A stretch of DNA of 32,000 bases from assembly GCA_031316235.1 (NCBI GenBank), contig JALDRA010000001.1:780001-812000 (forward strand), written 5' to 3'. Shown here piece by piece: positions 1 through 9,109 of this stretch. How positions within the stretch are numbered: position 1 is the first letter of the stretch; the number at the start of each line of letters is the position of its first letter. The position numbers were made by a program, and so were the translations under genes. Source of the DNA: Candidatus Scalindua sp. Its GTDB lineage: Bacteria; Planctomycetota; Brocadiia; Brocadiales; Scalinduaceae. The notes beneath the pieces are model-generated. The model did not search any database. It was not told the DNA's origin and was given only the letters and a program-made list of their open reading frames with translations.

Positions 1-1028
1 TGGTCTATCCCGAGCACTGACGTGTCTAATTTCTGAGGCAGGTCCGTCTTATTTACAACAACAATAACAGGAGTTTTACGAGGGTTTCTGCTTCCCTTAC
101 ACCCCCTTGATATTTCCATGACAAATTCAAACAATTCCCTATCTTTGTCCTCACCGGGAATTGAATTATCAATCACATACACTATCTTGTCTGCCCTCCT
201 TAATTGCTTCCTGGTAGCTGAAACACCAAGTTTTTCTACAGCATCCATTGTCTCTCTCATACCGGCAGTATCAACAATCGTAAAGGGGATGCCATAAACT
301 GAGACCAGAACATCAATCGCATCACGTGTCGTACCCGGTTCTTCGTGGACAATAGATCTCTCCTCCCTTAAAAGAGCATTAATGAGTGTCGATTTCCCCA
401 CATTTGGTCTTCCTGCAATTACCAGCCTTTGCGGTGAAGTAATTGCGCATCCAAAGGTAGCGGTTCCAATTATTTCACTCAAGCTTTTATGGATATGAGG
501 TAACTGTTGTTTGATATTTTCATATTCAGCATTTATGATAAGATCCTTAATAAAAGAAGATAACGCACCATTATATTGGTCAATGAGGACTTTGGCACTT
601 AACTTTGTCTTCGCCTGAGGTATTTCTCTGTACGCCTCTTTCTGAATAAGATCAATCTTCCCATTCATATAAGATCGTTCCGTAAGCTCTTCCCAATGTG
701 CTTCCCGGGCCCCTGCAGAGAGTATACATTCAAGTGTCTTTTTAACCGCCTGAATACCACCATGGCAGTTAACCTCAACTAAATCCTCACCCGTATAGCT
801 ATCCTCTTTTCGAAGTATATTAACGATCACTTCATCAACGGGTCTTTCATCCATGTAAATCTTTCCATAATGAAGACTCTTTGATTGGGCGGTTCTCAGG
901 TCTCCATTCCTCTTTCCTCTAAAAACGGCATTTACTATCTCCCGAGAACGGGGCCCTGATACCTGAACCACACCTATTCCCCCCTCCCCTATAGGTGTAA
1001 CAATAGATGCGATTGTTTCTCCATTCAT
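1..1028 (-). CDS. mnmE: tRNA modification GTPase MnmE/TrmE, N-terminal ~340 aa; the C-terminus lies beyond the left edge
   Basis: My own minus-strand translation from the ATG at 1028-1026 gives MNGETIASIVTPIGEGGIGVVQVSGP..., then the P-loop GRPNVGKSTLINAL, GTTRD and DTAGMRE, which is the MnmE GTPase motif order. It is missing from the ORF track because it runs off the window. Confidence 0.85.
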   Translation of the reverse strand, partial: MNGETIASIVTPIGEGGIGVVQVSGPRSREIVNAVFRGKRNGDLRTAQSKSLHYGKIYMDERPVDEVIVNILRKEDSYTGEDLVEVNCHGGIQAVKKTLECILSAGAREAHWEELTERSYMNGKIDLIQKEAYREIPQAKTKLSAKVLIDQYNGALSSFIKDLIINAEYENIKQQLPHIHKSLSEIIGTATFGCAITSPQRLVIAGRPNVGKSTLINALLREERSIVHEEPGTTRDAIDVLVSVYGIPFTIVDTAGMRETMDAVEKLGVSATRKQLRRADKIVYVIDNSIPGEDKDRELFEFVMEISRGCKGSRNPRKTPVIVVVNKTDLPQKLDTSVLGID

Positions 1029-1183
1029 TTATATACTACCGATCCGTAAAATATTTTTCTCAGCCCACCGCGCTCGACCGCATGGCAATGTTGATTCCTG
1101 AGGGCTCAGCCAAACCCTTAATCAGACAGGGAGTTTTAAAATAATCTGTTGGTAAAAAGTGATTTAAAACGTGAATTCCTCAT

Positions 1184-1225
1184 ATACTAAAACCGATTTG
1201 GTTTTAGATTTTTCTAAAAACCAAA
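1184..1225 (+). repeat. Hairpin repeat family B, copy 1 (ATACTAAAACCGATTTGGTTTT plus an inverted arm)
   Basis: The 22-mer at 1184-1205 is the exact reverse complement of 6223-6244. Locally, TTTGGTTTTAGA (1197-1208) pairs with TCTAAAAACCAAA (1213-1225), leaving a one-base bulge. Confidence 0.7.
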
Positions 1226-1743
1226 GCCTGATTAATGGCACGTTCGCTCCGTTTTTCCCCGGATTTTACCCGAATACCATTAGTTAAGATGAGTATACAG
1301 GGAGTAAGACACTATCAGAATCAGGCAAAATTGTCAAATCCCCCCCTTTTTTCCAAGCACAATTCAACGAACTTGATAGAGGGAAAAAAGGGATGGATGG
1401 TAAGCTATCATAATGCGTTTAACGTCTGCACGTAATACATACCGCAGATGTATTATACTGAGGAAAACTTATAGCAGGAAAAAAATGATAAAAGAGATGG
1501 TGTTCACTCATGGTACCCTAACAGCCCCAGGGTTAATTGACGCATCGTCATCGTTACAGTCAACATCTGAATTGTAACCGTCTCCATAATCAGAGACATC
1601 CCTTTAAATTCTCTTTGACAATTCCCGGGAACGTAGATATGGTATTGAACATCAAAAATCCATCAGGGAATCAGAAGGTTGAATCAGCAAAGCACCGTAA
1701 CAAACGATACGGTCCTGCGGACTGAAAGGGTCTCAACTCAATC

Positions 1744-2118
1744 ATGAAAAAGATCAGGATACTTGTGAATAATATCTCAGCTATTGCAGATCTTGGAGAA
1801 AGTAAGACCTCAGAGGCAATCTGGGATGAGCTGCCAATTGAGTGCAGGGTAAATACCTGGGGAGAGGAGATCTATTTTGAGATCCCCGTAACCTCTCAGT
1901 TAGACTCAACTGCCAAAGAAGTAGTTGAAAAAGGTGATCTGGGATACTGGCCGACAGGAAAGGCATTCTGTATATTCTTCGGACCGACTCCTGCCAGCCG
2001 GGGTGATGAGATACGTCCAGCAAGCGCCGTAAACATCGTGGGCAAGGTCTCGGGGAATACAGAAGTATTAAAGAGTGTACAAGACGGTGCTGCAATAAGA
2101 GTAGAAAGAATGGAATAA
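1744..2118 (+). CDS. Cyclophilin-like (TM1367-type) small protein
   Basis: 124-aa ORF. The pattern ...WGEEIYFEIP...GDLGYWPTGKAFCIFFGPTP... resembles the cyclophilin-like DUF family. This assignment is from memory of the family, not from a search. Confidence 0.55.
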   Translation: MKKIRILVNNISAIADLGESKTSEAIWDELPIECRVNTWGEEIYFEIPVTSQLDSTAKEVVEKGDLGYWPTGKAFCIFFGPTPASRGDEIRPASAVNIVGKVSGNTEVLKSVQDGAAIRVERME

Positions 2119-2278
2119 GGAATTAGCGGTTGGACCAGTGGGTCTCTGTTCAAGCACTATGCTATCTTAATAGCATGAATTTAAAGAATTTCTTGATTGT
2201 TGCCATTGCTAAAAATATGAATTGAATTCTGTTATACTCATTGAAAATCAGTGTAGTATTTTTTATGAAGGAAAAAAG

Positions 2279-4369
2279 ATGCCAAATCTTTTATTAGAGG
2301 TCGGAACAGAAGAGATTCCGGCTGGTTATATTGAGCCTGCCCTCAGGCAGATTGAAGAGCTGATTACCGTACAGATCAAGGAAAATCATCTGAGTTTTAA
2401 AGACTTGCACACAACAGGTACGCCGAGGCGTCTGATATTGTCCATAACCGGCTTACCGCAAACACAGGGAACTATAATTCAGGAAATCAAGGGACCTTCG
2501 GCAAAGGCTGCACTGGATAAAGATGGTCTACCCACAAAGGCTGCAATCGGTTTTGCACATTCACAGGGGATGGAAGCGAAGGATTTAAAAGTCAGGGATA
2601 CGGGCAAAGGAGAATATTGCTTTGCAATAAAGGAGATAGCAGGAAAAAAAGTTTTTGATCTCCTGCCTGATATATTGAGCACAGTGATAAAGTCCATAGT
2701 CTTCCCAAAGTCCATGAGATGGAAAGCGGGAAGATTTACCTTTGCACGTCCAATACGGACACTCCTTGCATTGTTTGACGGTGACATTATTCAATTAGAA
2801 TTAAATGGGATCAAGGCTGACCGTAAAACAAACGGACATCAATTCCTTTCCGACAAAATACTTGACATAGAAAAAGCCGATTACGATGCCTACAAAGAGC
2901 AGTTGAGAAGTAACCGCGTAATAATAGAGATCGATGAAAGACGTACAATCATAAGGGATTCGATAAATACGATCCTTTCCCGTTATGGGTCACACCTGGA
3001 TGATGAAGGACTGCTGAATGAGGTTGCAAACCTCGTAGAGTTTCCCTGTGCCGTAAAATGCAGCTTTGAGAAACAGTATTTAGAAATCCCGCCAGAAGTT
3101 GTAATAACTTCAATGAAAGAGCACCAGAGATATTTCCCCGTTACGGACCAGGACAACAGATTGTTACCCGAATTCATTGTTATTCTTGACAGAGAATGTG
3201 ACGGTAATGAGATACCCCGGAGGGGAAATGAGCGGGTATTAAAGGCCCGATTGGCTGATGCAAAATTTTTCTGGGATGAGGACAGAAAGGTACCATTAGA
3301 GAACCGGGTTGACGGCCTTGGCAGCCTCGTATTTCATGAAAACATTGGAAGCTATCTAGAGAGGGAGAAACGCATTGGCAAACTTGCACATTTCATTGCA
3401 ACGCTCCTTGCCTATCCACCCGATAAATTACAGCTCGTTGAGCGCGCTTCCCTTCTGTGCAAGGCAGATCTGTTGACTGAGATGGTGGGAGAATTCCCGA
3501 AACTTCAGGGTATTATGGGTCGTGAGTATGCCCTTGAAACAGGTGAGGACGCTGAAGTTGCCGAATCAATCGCTGAGCATTATTTACCCCGATACGCTAA
3601 AGACGTATTGCCGGAAACTGAAACGGGTATCGTCCTCAGCCTGGCTGACAAATTTGACGTAATTGCAGGCTGCTTTTCAACCGGATTGATCCCTACCGGT
3701 TCACAAGACCCTTACGCCCTCAGAAGACAGGCTCAGGGGATCATACGCATCTTGGAGGAAAAGGATCTCAATCTGGAATTATCAACCATCATAGAGAAGG
3801 CATTATCAAATCTGAAAGAAAAGAGCACGGGTAGTAATACCGGCACCGTCCATGAACAGATAAGAGAATTCTTTAAAGATAGACTCCGTCATAATTACCT
3901 GGAGAGAGGATATCGCTATGATATTATCGAATCGGTATTAACATCAGGCTACGATAACATTTCAGACTTTTCCTATAGATTGGAAATTGTAACAAAGATC
4001 TCTCAATCACCTATCTGGCATAGCCTGGTAACCGTTGTTGAGAGAACATACAATATCGGAAAGAGCTGCACCGCCCACGGTGAAATTGATGAAAAGTTGC
4101 TGAAAGAGGAGGAAGAGAAGAAGTTGTGGAATATCTATGAAAGCCAGAAAGATACGATACGTGAATATATCAAACCAAGAAAATATGAAGAGTTGTCTCT
4201 CTTATATAATGAGGTATTTGCGGAACCAATTCACAATTTCTTTGAAAATGTTTATGTGAACGTTGATGATGAAGCGTTAAAGCTCAACAGGTTACTCCTG
4301 ATGAAGAAGATCAATGACCTCTATGTATCCCGTATTGCCAACCTTGCCTTGATTGTCGAACATGAATAA
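2279..4369 (+). CDS. glyS: Glycine--tRNA ligase beta subunit
   Basis: MPNLLLEVGTEEIPAGY... is the canonical GlyS N-terminus, and the ~696 aa length fits. I moved the start to the ATG at 2279, which is preceded by GAAGGAAAAAAG; the track ORF begins at an upstream TTG at 2222. No glyQ gene lies next to it. Confidence 0.9.
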   Translation: MPNLLLEVGTEEIPAGYIEPALRQIEELITVQIKENHLSFKDLHTTGTPRRLILSITGLPQTQGTIIQEIKGPSAKAALDKDGLPTKAAIGFAHSQGMEAKDLKVRDTGKGEYCFAIKEIAGKKVFDLLPDILSTVIKSIVFPKSMRWKAGRFTFARPIRTLLALFDGDIIQLELNGIKADRKTNGHQFLSDKILDIEKADYDAYKEQLRSNRVIIEIDERRTIIRDSINTILSRYGSHLDDEGLLNEVANLVEFPCAVKCSFEKQYLEIPPEVVITSMKEHQRYFPVTDQDNRLLPEFIVILDRECDGNEIPRRGNERVLKARLADAKFFWDEDRKVPLENRVDGLGSLVFHENIGSYLEREKRIGKLAHFIATLLAYPPDKLQLVERASLLCKADLLTEMVGEFPKLQGIMGREYALETGEDAEVAESIAEHYLPRYAKDVLPETETGIVLSLADKFDVIAGCFSTGLIPTGSQDPYALRRQAQGIIRILEEKDLNLELSTIIEKALSNLKEKSTGSNTGTVHEQIREFFKDRLRHNYLERGYRYDIIESVLTSGYDNISDFSYRLEIVTKISQSPIWHSLVTVVERTYNIGKSCTAHGEIDEKLLKEEEEKKLWNIYESQKDTIREYIKPRKYEELSLLYNEVFAEPIHNFFENVYVNVDDEALKLNRLLLMKKINDLYVSRIANLALIVEHE

Positions 4370-5255
4370 CAGGGAGTTGACAGAATCATTTTTTCACTAT
4401 CTTACCGTTGAGTGCGGTCTTTCTGAGAACACCATCAAGGGATACAGGAGTGATCTGAGGAATTTCTCAAATTTCTTAAACAGTTCAGATATCCATCGGT
4501 TTCAGGATCTGCGCACAAGCATGGTAATATACTATATAGAAAAGGAAAAAGAGAGAGGCCTTTCGGAGAATTCAATCTCAAGAAGCCTTGTAACGGTTAA
4601 GATGCTTTATAAATACCTGGTAATGGAAGGGGTGCTTGATAAAAATCCCCTGTCTTCTGTCAGTGCTCCCAGGCTCAGGAAATATCTCCCTGAAGTCCTC
4701 AATTATCAGACAATCGGAAAAATGATGTCAGCACCGGATTGTAACAGTAAACTGGGAATACGGGATAAGGCAATACTTGAACTGATGTATGCTACCGGTG
4801 CGAGGGTTTCTGAGGTTGCGTCAATCAAGATGAGCTGGATAAGCCTGGATTACGGTTATGTAAAATGCCAGGGAAAGGGATCGAAACAACGTATTGTACC
4901 CCTTGGGCATGAGGCTATTCAATCGGTAAGAAGGTATTTACAAAATGTTCGCCCTGTGCTCGATCACGGCAGAGATGTTGATGTCCTGTTTCTCTCAAGA
5001 ACAGGAAAACAATTAAGGCGAGAAAACATATGGTGCCTGGTAAAAAAATATGCCGTGTACACGGGTATCAGGACACAGATATCCCCTCATACACTCAGAC
5101 ACTCATTTGCAACACATATGCTGGAAGGAGGTGCAGACTTGCGGTCAGTTCAAGAGATGCTCGGGCATGCCAGTATTTCCACAACCCAGATATATACACA
5201 CCTCAACAAGAAATACCTTAAATCCGTACACCAGAAATATCATCCGAGGGCGTGA
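4362..5255 (+). CDS. xerD: Tyrosine site-specific recombinase, XerC/XerD family
   Basis: The N-terminal SAM-like motif is FFHYLTVECGLSENTIKGYRSDL. The C-terminal catalytic region is HTLRHSFATHMLEGGADLRSVQEMLGHASISTTQIYTH. The ATG at 4362 overlaps the glyS stop (4367-4369). Choosing XerD over XerC is tentative. Confidence 0.8.
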   Translation: MNNRELTESFFHYLTVECGLSENTIKGYRSDLRNFSNFLNSSDIHRFQDLRTSMVIYYIEKEKERGLSENSISRSLVTVKMLYKYLVMEGVLDKNPLSSVSAPRLRKYLPEVLNYQTIGKMMSAPDCNSKLGIRDKAILELMYATGARVSEVASIKMSWISLDYGYVKCQGKGSKQRIVPLGHEAIQSVRRYLQNVRPVLDHGRDVDVLFLSRTGKQLRRENIWCLVKKYAVYTGIRTQISPHTLRHSFATHMLEGGADLRSVQEMLGHASISTTQIYTHLNKKYLKSVHQKYHPRA

Positions 5256-5490
5256 GATAAGGGTGTAAGCTTTCACAGACTCAGAGTTCACGTTTCACTG
5301 TAGCATTCCGGAATTCTGATTGCAGAAAAGAAGACAGAAATACGCAATCTCACGCGAAGCCGCAAAGAGCGTTGTATTCTCAATACCAAGAGAGTGGCCT
5401 GAATGGGGATTCTGAAGGGTAATTTGTGAAACAGAAAGACCAGAATTATGTTTCAGTCCTTTTCTGTAATTGAGAAAAAAACATGACAAT

Positions 5491-5838
5491 CTATCTCACA
5501 TAACAAGATCCGCAGCAGCTGAGAACCTTGTTTTCTATATGGCCCCAAAGAGATTCTCCAGACTCTCCCTGTTGAACAATATCATTAATATGTTCTGTCA
5601 AGGCTGAACTTCTCTCAACGGTAAATGTTCCTCGAAATGGTATCCTGTAGAGTTCTTCTTCATTAACATAGACTAAAAGTTTACCATTATCTACATAATT
5701 TGCATTACCCTGTCTGTCTTTTTCCAGGCAAAGATATGCAAGATTAACAATTTTATTCAGTCTGTCTTTGTATTGTATAATAGACAATCTAATATCTTTA
5801 TCATTCGTTACTACTCTTGTTTTTTCCATATTTTTCAT
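5491..5838 (-). CDS. Hypothetical protein, 115 aa, with a C-terminal CCGSC motif
   Basis: An ORF with plausible composition and no family I recognise. It ends ...VLSCCGSCYVR. Confidence 0.35.
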   Translation of the reverse strand: MKNMEKTRVVTNDKDIRLSIIQYKDRLNKIVNLAYLCLEKDRQGNANYVDNGKLLVYVNEEELYRIPFRGTFTVERSSALTEHINDIVQQGESGESLWGHIENKVLSCCGSCYVR

Positions 5839-6107
5839 GTTTTACAACAAATATAATGTGTCCCGGCAGAGCCAGATGAAAATGCTACAAATGCATCTGG
5901 AGATTGACACAAAGATAAAATTCCAGGCAGTGTCTTCCATAAACAGGAAGATAGATGCTGAATCGGTTCCAAGGAAACCTTCCGAAGTGTGAGATTGAAA
6001 AAGAAGCCTTTTGGAGTTGCGACCGAAGTTACTCTTGGGTTAAAGAGACAAACAGGCAGGCCTACACACAAATTAAAACCACTCAATTTACACCGTTCGT
6101 GTATATA

Positions 6108-6199
6108 TACTCATCTCATACTGGATTTCGGATAAAATCCGAGATAAAATGGAGCGAGTACAAGTCCTCGGCGCTTTTTGTCCGGGGATACCTTCACCA
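6108..6199 (+). repeat. Hairpin repeat family A, long copy
   Basis: TACTCATCTCATACTGGATTTCGGATAAAATCCGAGATAAAATGGAGCGAGTA...TACCTTCACCA matches 31461-31524, apart from a 28-bp internal segment found only here and a few substitutions. The core hairpin is TCGGAT-AAA-ATCCGA. Confidence 0.75.
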
Positions 6200-6200
6200 A

Positions 6201-6244
6201 GATTTGGTTTCCGGTAAAGCCGAAAACCAAATCGGTTTTAGTAT
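6201..6244 (-). repeat. Hairpin repeat family B, copy 2 (inverted relative to copy 1)
   Basis: 6223-6244 is the exact reverse complement of 1184-1205. The local hairpin is GATTTGGTTTCCGG/GCCGAAAACCAAATC. It directly abuts the family A copy. Confidence 0.7.
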
Positions 6245-6547
6245 AGCTTGCAACAGCTAAAGGAGAGATCCATAGCCTTCAGATTTGTAAAATTCCTTAT
6301 AACGAAATCGAGCGCCATGAATATGACGCTGATACCATGAGGAGATGGCTCAGGGGAGATTCTACTTTCACTGATGTCAGTATAAGCCGTATCTATTAAT
6401 TAGCAAGGAATAAAATAAATAAATTAATATTCATTACCCAATCAGTCTGAAATACCTGTAGAATTTTTAGAGAAAACTACCCTTCGCCAGGGAACCCATA
6501 CTATTGGGAAAACAGCGGATAGAGCCACCCCTGTTTAATTTGTGTCG

Positions 6548-6627
6548 TTCAGACCCAGCCTGGCCGAGCAGGAACACATATGAAATTTAACCCTTTTCTG
6601 ATCTGGCTCTGCCAGGCTGGGTCTGAA
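6548..6627. repeat. Perfect 17-bp inverted repeat spanning the pmm stop codon
   Basis: TTCAGACCCAGCCTGGC (6548-6564) is the exact reverse complement of GCCAGGCTGGGTCTGAA (6611-6627), with a 46-nt spacer between them. The right arm lies inside the last codons of the 6587.. CDS. Confidence 0.6.
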
Positions 6628-8206
6628 TAATATCGATGATCTGTTTCTGTCTTTTCTCCATGATGGCCTTTGTTTTTCCCTCCAGATTTAACCGAAGAAA
6701 TGGTTCGGTATTAGACTTTCTCACATTAAACCACCAATCCTTAAATTGCACCGTAACGCCATCCAGATAATCAATTTCCCCGTCCTTAAAATGTTCGGCA
6801 ATTTCATCTATTTTCTGGTCTTTCTCCTCTACTTTGAAATTTACTTCACCGGTTGCATAATATCTTTTTAGCGGGGCAATCAGATTAGACATGGGAACAT
6901 TTTTTTTACTGAGTATATTTAAAACTGTTATGAGGGCAATGATTCCAGAATCTGCAAAATAATTTTCTCTAAAGTAATAGTGACCTGATAATTCACCCCC
7001 GAAGAGAGCGTTTTTTTCTCTCATCGTAACTTTTATATGAGAGTGACCAACCCTTTCTCTGTAAGGAATTCCACCAGACTCCTTAATCTCCTCAGGCAAA
7101 ACCTTACTGGACCGTAAATCGTATACAATCGCAGCTCCCTTTTCCTTTTTCAGAAGTTCTCTTGCAATTACAGCCGTAATCAGGTCACAACCTATTACCT
7201 GTCCATTTTCATCAATAAAAACACACCGATCCGCATCACCATCAAATGCTACCCCCAAATGACTCTTCGTTTTTCGTACCTTTTTTTGTAAGTCTTGTAA
7301 ATTTTTTTTATTTAATGGGTCAGGTTCGTGATTGGGAAAATTACCATCAAGGTTGAAATACAGTGGTACAACTTTGCAGGGTAACCCTTCAAAGACAAGC
7401 GGAATCATCTTCCCCGCCATTCCGTTTCCGGCATCAACAACAATCTTTAAAGGCCTGATGTGGTCTGCAAAACGCAGAACGTGTTTCTTGTACTCATCAA
7501 GAACGTTTTTCTCAATTATTTTACCCGGAAGTCCTGTCGCAGGCAATCGGGTTTGACGGGAAAGTTCTGATATCTTTGACAGACCTGTATCAAAACTGAT
7601 AGGCATTGCTTTCTCATGGCAGATCTTAAACCCATTATACTTTGATGGATTGTGTGATGCCGTGACCGTAATACCCGCATCGTAATTAAAGTGTCCTACG
7701 GAAAAATAGGTGACGTCAGTTGAGACCTCCCCGATATCAATACAATTCATGCCTGCTTCCTGTATACCCTTCATTAATGATTTGGCCAACAAGTTTGAAG
7801 ATAATCTGCAATCCCTGCCAATGACGATATTTTCAACATCGGGTTTTATGCTTTTTAAAAACTGGACAGTTGCCATACCTATTTTTTCAGATGTGTGTTC
7901 ATTTATCTCTTCAGGGTATAAGCCCCGTATATCGTAACTTTTAAATATCCCCAGATCAATCTGCTGGTCTTGATTTGCAGTCAACTGTATAACGCTCCTT
8001 TCGTCATTTTTCATACTACTGTCTGTCATCTCCCCTATATCGCTCACTTCATAAACCTCATACATGTCAGAAGCGGATTCCGCTCTATATCGGCATACGG
8101 GGCACTTTGGATAATGTACTCTCTGACGTCCTTTACAGATAGATCTGCTGATATCATATCTTTCTCCGGGACATCTGCGCATTGTCTTTACTATTCTCTT
8201 CGGCAT
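6587..8206 (-). CDS. Phosphomannomutase/phosphoglucomutase with a ~95-aa Cys-rich N-terminal extension
   Basis: Alpha-D-phosphohexomutase signatures are present: FKSYDIRGLY, the active-site loop TASHNP, FDGDADR and GGELSGH. I placed the start at the ATG at 8206, preceded by GGGAGA. The 51 codons upstream of it in the track ORF look non-coding. Confidence 0.85.
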   Translation of the reverse strand: MPKRIVKTMRRCPGERYDISRSICKGRQRVHYPKCPVCRYRAESASDMYEVYEVSDIGEMTDSSMKNDERSVIQLTANQDQQIDLGIFKSYDIRGLYPEEINEHTSEKIGMATVQFLKSIKPDVENIVIGRDCRLSSNLLAKSLMKGIQEAGMNCIDIGEVSTDVTYFSVGHFNYDAGITVTASHNPSKYNGFKICHEKAMPISFDTGLSKISELSRQTRLPATGLPGKIIEKNVLDEYKKHVLRFADHIRPLKIVVDAGNGMAGKMIPLVFEGLPCKVVPLYFNLDGNFPNHEPDPLNKKNLQDLQKKVRKTKSHLGVAFDGDADRCVFIDENGQVIGCDLITAVIARELLKKEKGAAIVYDLRSSKVLPEEIKESGGIPYRERVGHSHIKVTMREKNALFGGELSGHYYFRENYFADSGIIALITVLNILSKKNVPMSNLIAPLKRYYATGEVNFKVEEKDQKIDEIAEHFKDGEIDYLDGVTVQFKDWWFNVRKSNTEPFLRLNLEGKTKAIMEKRQKQIIDIIQTQPGRARSEKG

Positions 8207-8399
8207 GGTATCTCCCAAAATCCACCATTTTCCAGGAATTAGCCTAATAGGTTGGTAGCAAGGGGCATTAAAGGTTGCACGTTTGCTGCTGATCTTGTTG
8301 AATTGAGTAGAATGCCGAAAAAAGAGAGATATCTCACCCTGTTTTTCCGTAACAATCATTACTGTTTATTGTTCCAATCCATGTAACCGATCTCAGCTT

Positions 8400-9109
8400 C
8401 CATTCATGGTAAAATAAGAGTCCAGCTTTGTAAAGTAAAATTAACAAAACAAGATTTATTAACGTTTACTATTGAAGGTTTTCCACATTAATTACCTTTC
8501 AATTTTGTCAATAAAACTCATCAGCAAAGTGAAATTGTATCTGTTTATTAAGCTATTCTTTATCACTTTTAATCCCGATAAACCAACTTTTTATTCCTTC
8601 AGAATTGTTCAGCTTTCTGCTTTACGCCACCCACGAATTACACATGTTATACACATATTGTACACAGTTGGAAAAAGAGGCTGATTTTAAGTAAAACCAC
8701 AAACTATTGCATAAGACAAATTTTTATAACTATTTGTAAATATTAGCTTTATACACAATTCCTGCCTGCACAAACTCTCCCTTACTGGAAATTTATTGTT
8801 TCAATTATTGATAATTCACTCCTGAAAGAAAGAGTAAAAAAATATTTTTCATGAAAGATTTTCTCCTGTAAAAAACTCAATCCTGTTGATGTAAAAAGTC
8901 TTATGATCTAAAAAATATAAATTAAAAAATTCCCAAAAAAAGTATTCCAATTTTTGCTTTGACACAAATCGATATTTTGCTAATATCCCACCTCATGAGT
9001 CGTGTCAATCAGAGGCGTTTAAACAAATAATTTCCAGCTAATCTAGGTTGTAAATCCTCATCCATTTTATCAGTTTTTGTACTTTTCTTTTTTTACTTTA
9101 CACATCCAC
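8400..9109. other. Candidate oriC / dnaA upstream region
   Basis: This is an AT-rich, ORF-poor tract immediately upstream of dnaA. It carries DnaA-box-like 9-mers (consensus TTATCCACA): TTTTCCACA at 8479-8487, TTATACACA at 8647-8655 and 8749-8757, TTGTACACA at 8658-8666, and ACATCCACA at 9102-9110. Confidence 0.5.

Noticed and set aside
8207-8359. The upstream 51 codons of the phosphomannomutase track ORF (MIVTEKQGEISLFFRH...).
   Set aside because: There is no RBS, and the sequence is atypical. The internal ATG at 8206 has a GGGAGA Shine-Dalgarno-like motif, so the upstream part is probably a 5' UTR.
8472-8684. A 70-aa ORF in the dnaA upstream region.
   Set aside because: The translation is AT-rich and low-complexity (Leu/Ile/Phe/Lys). 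It overlaps the DnaA-box cluster and has a TTG start without an RBS.
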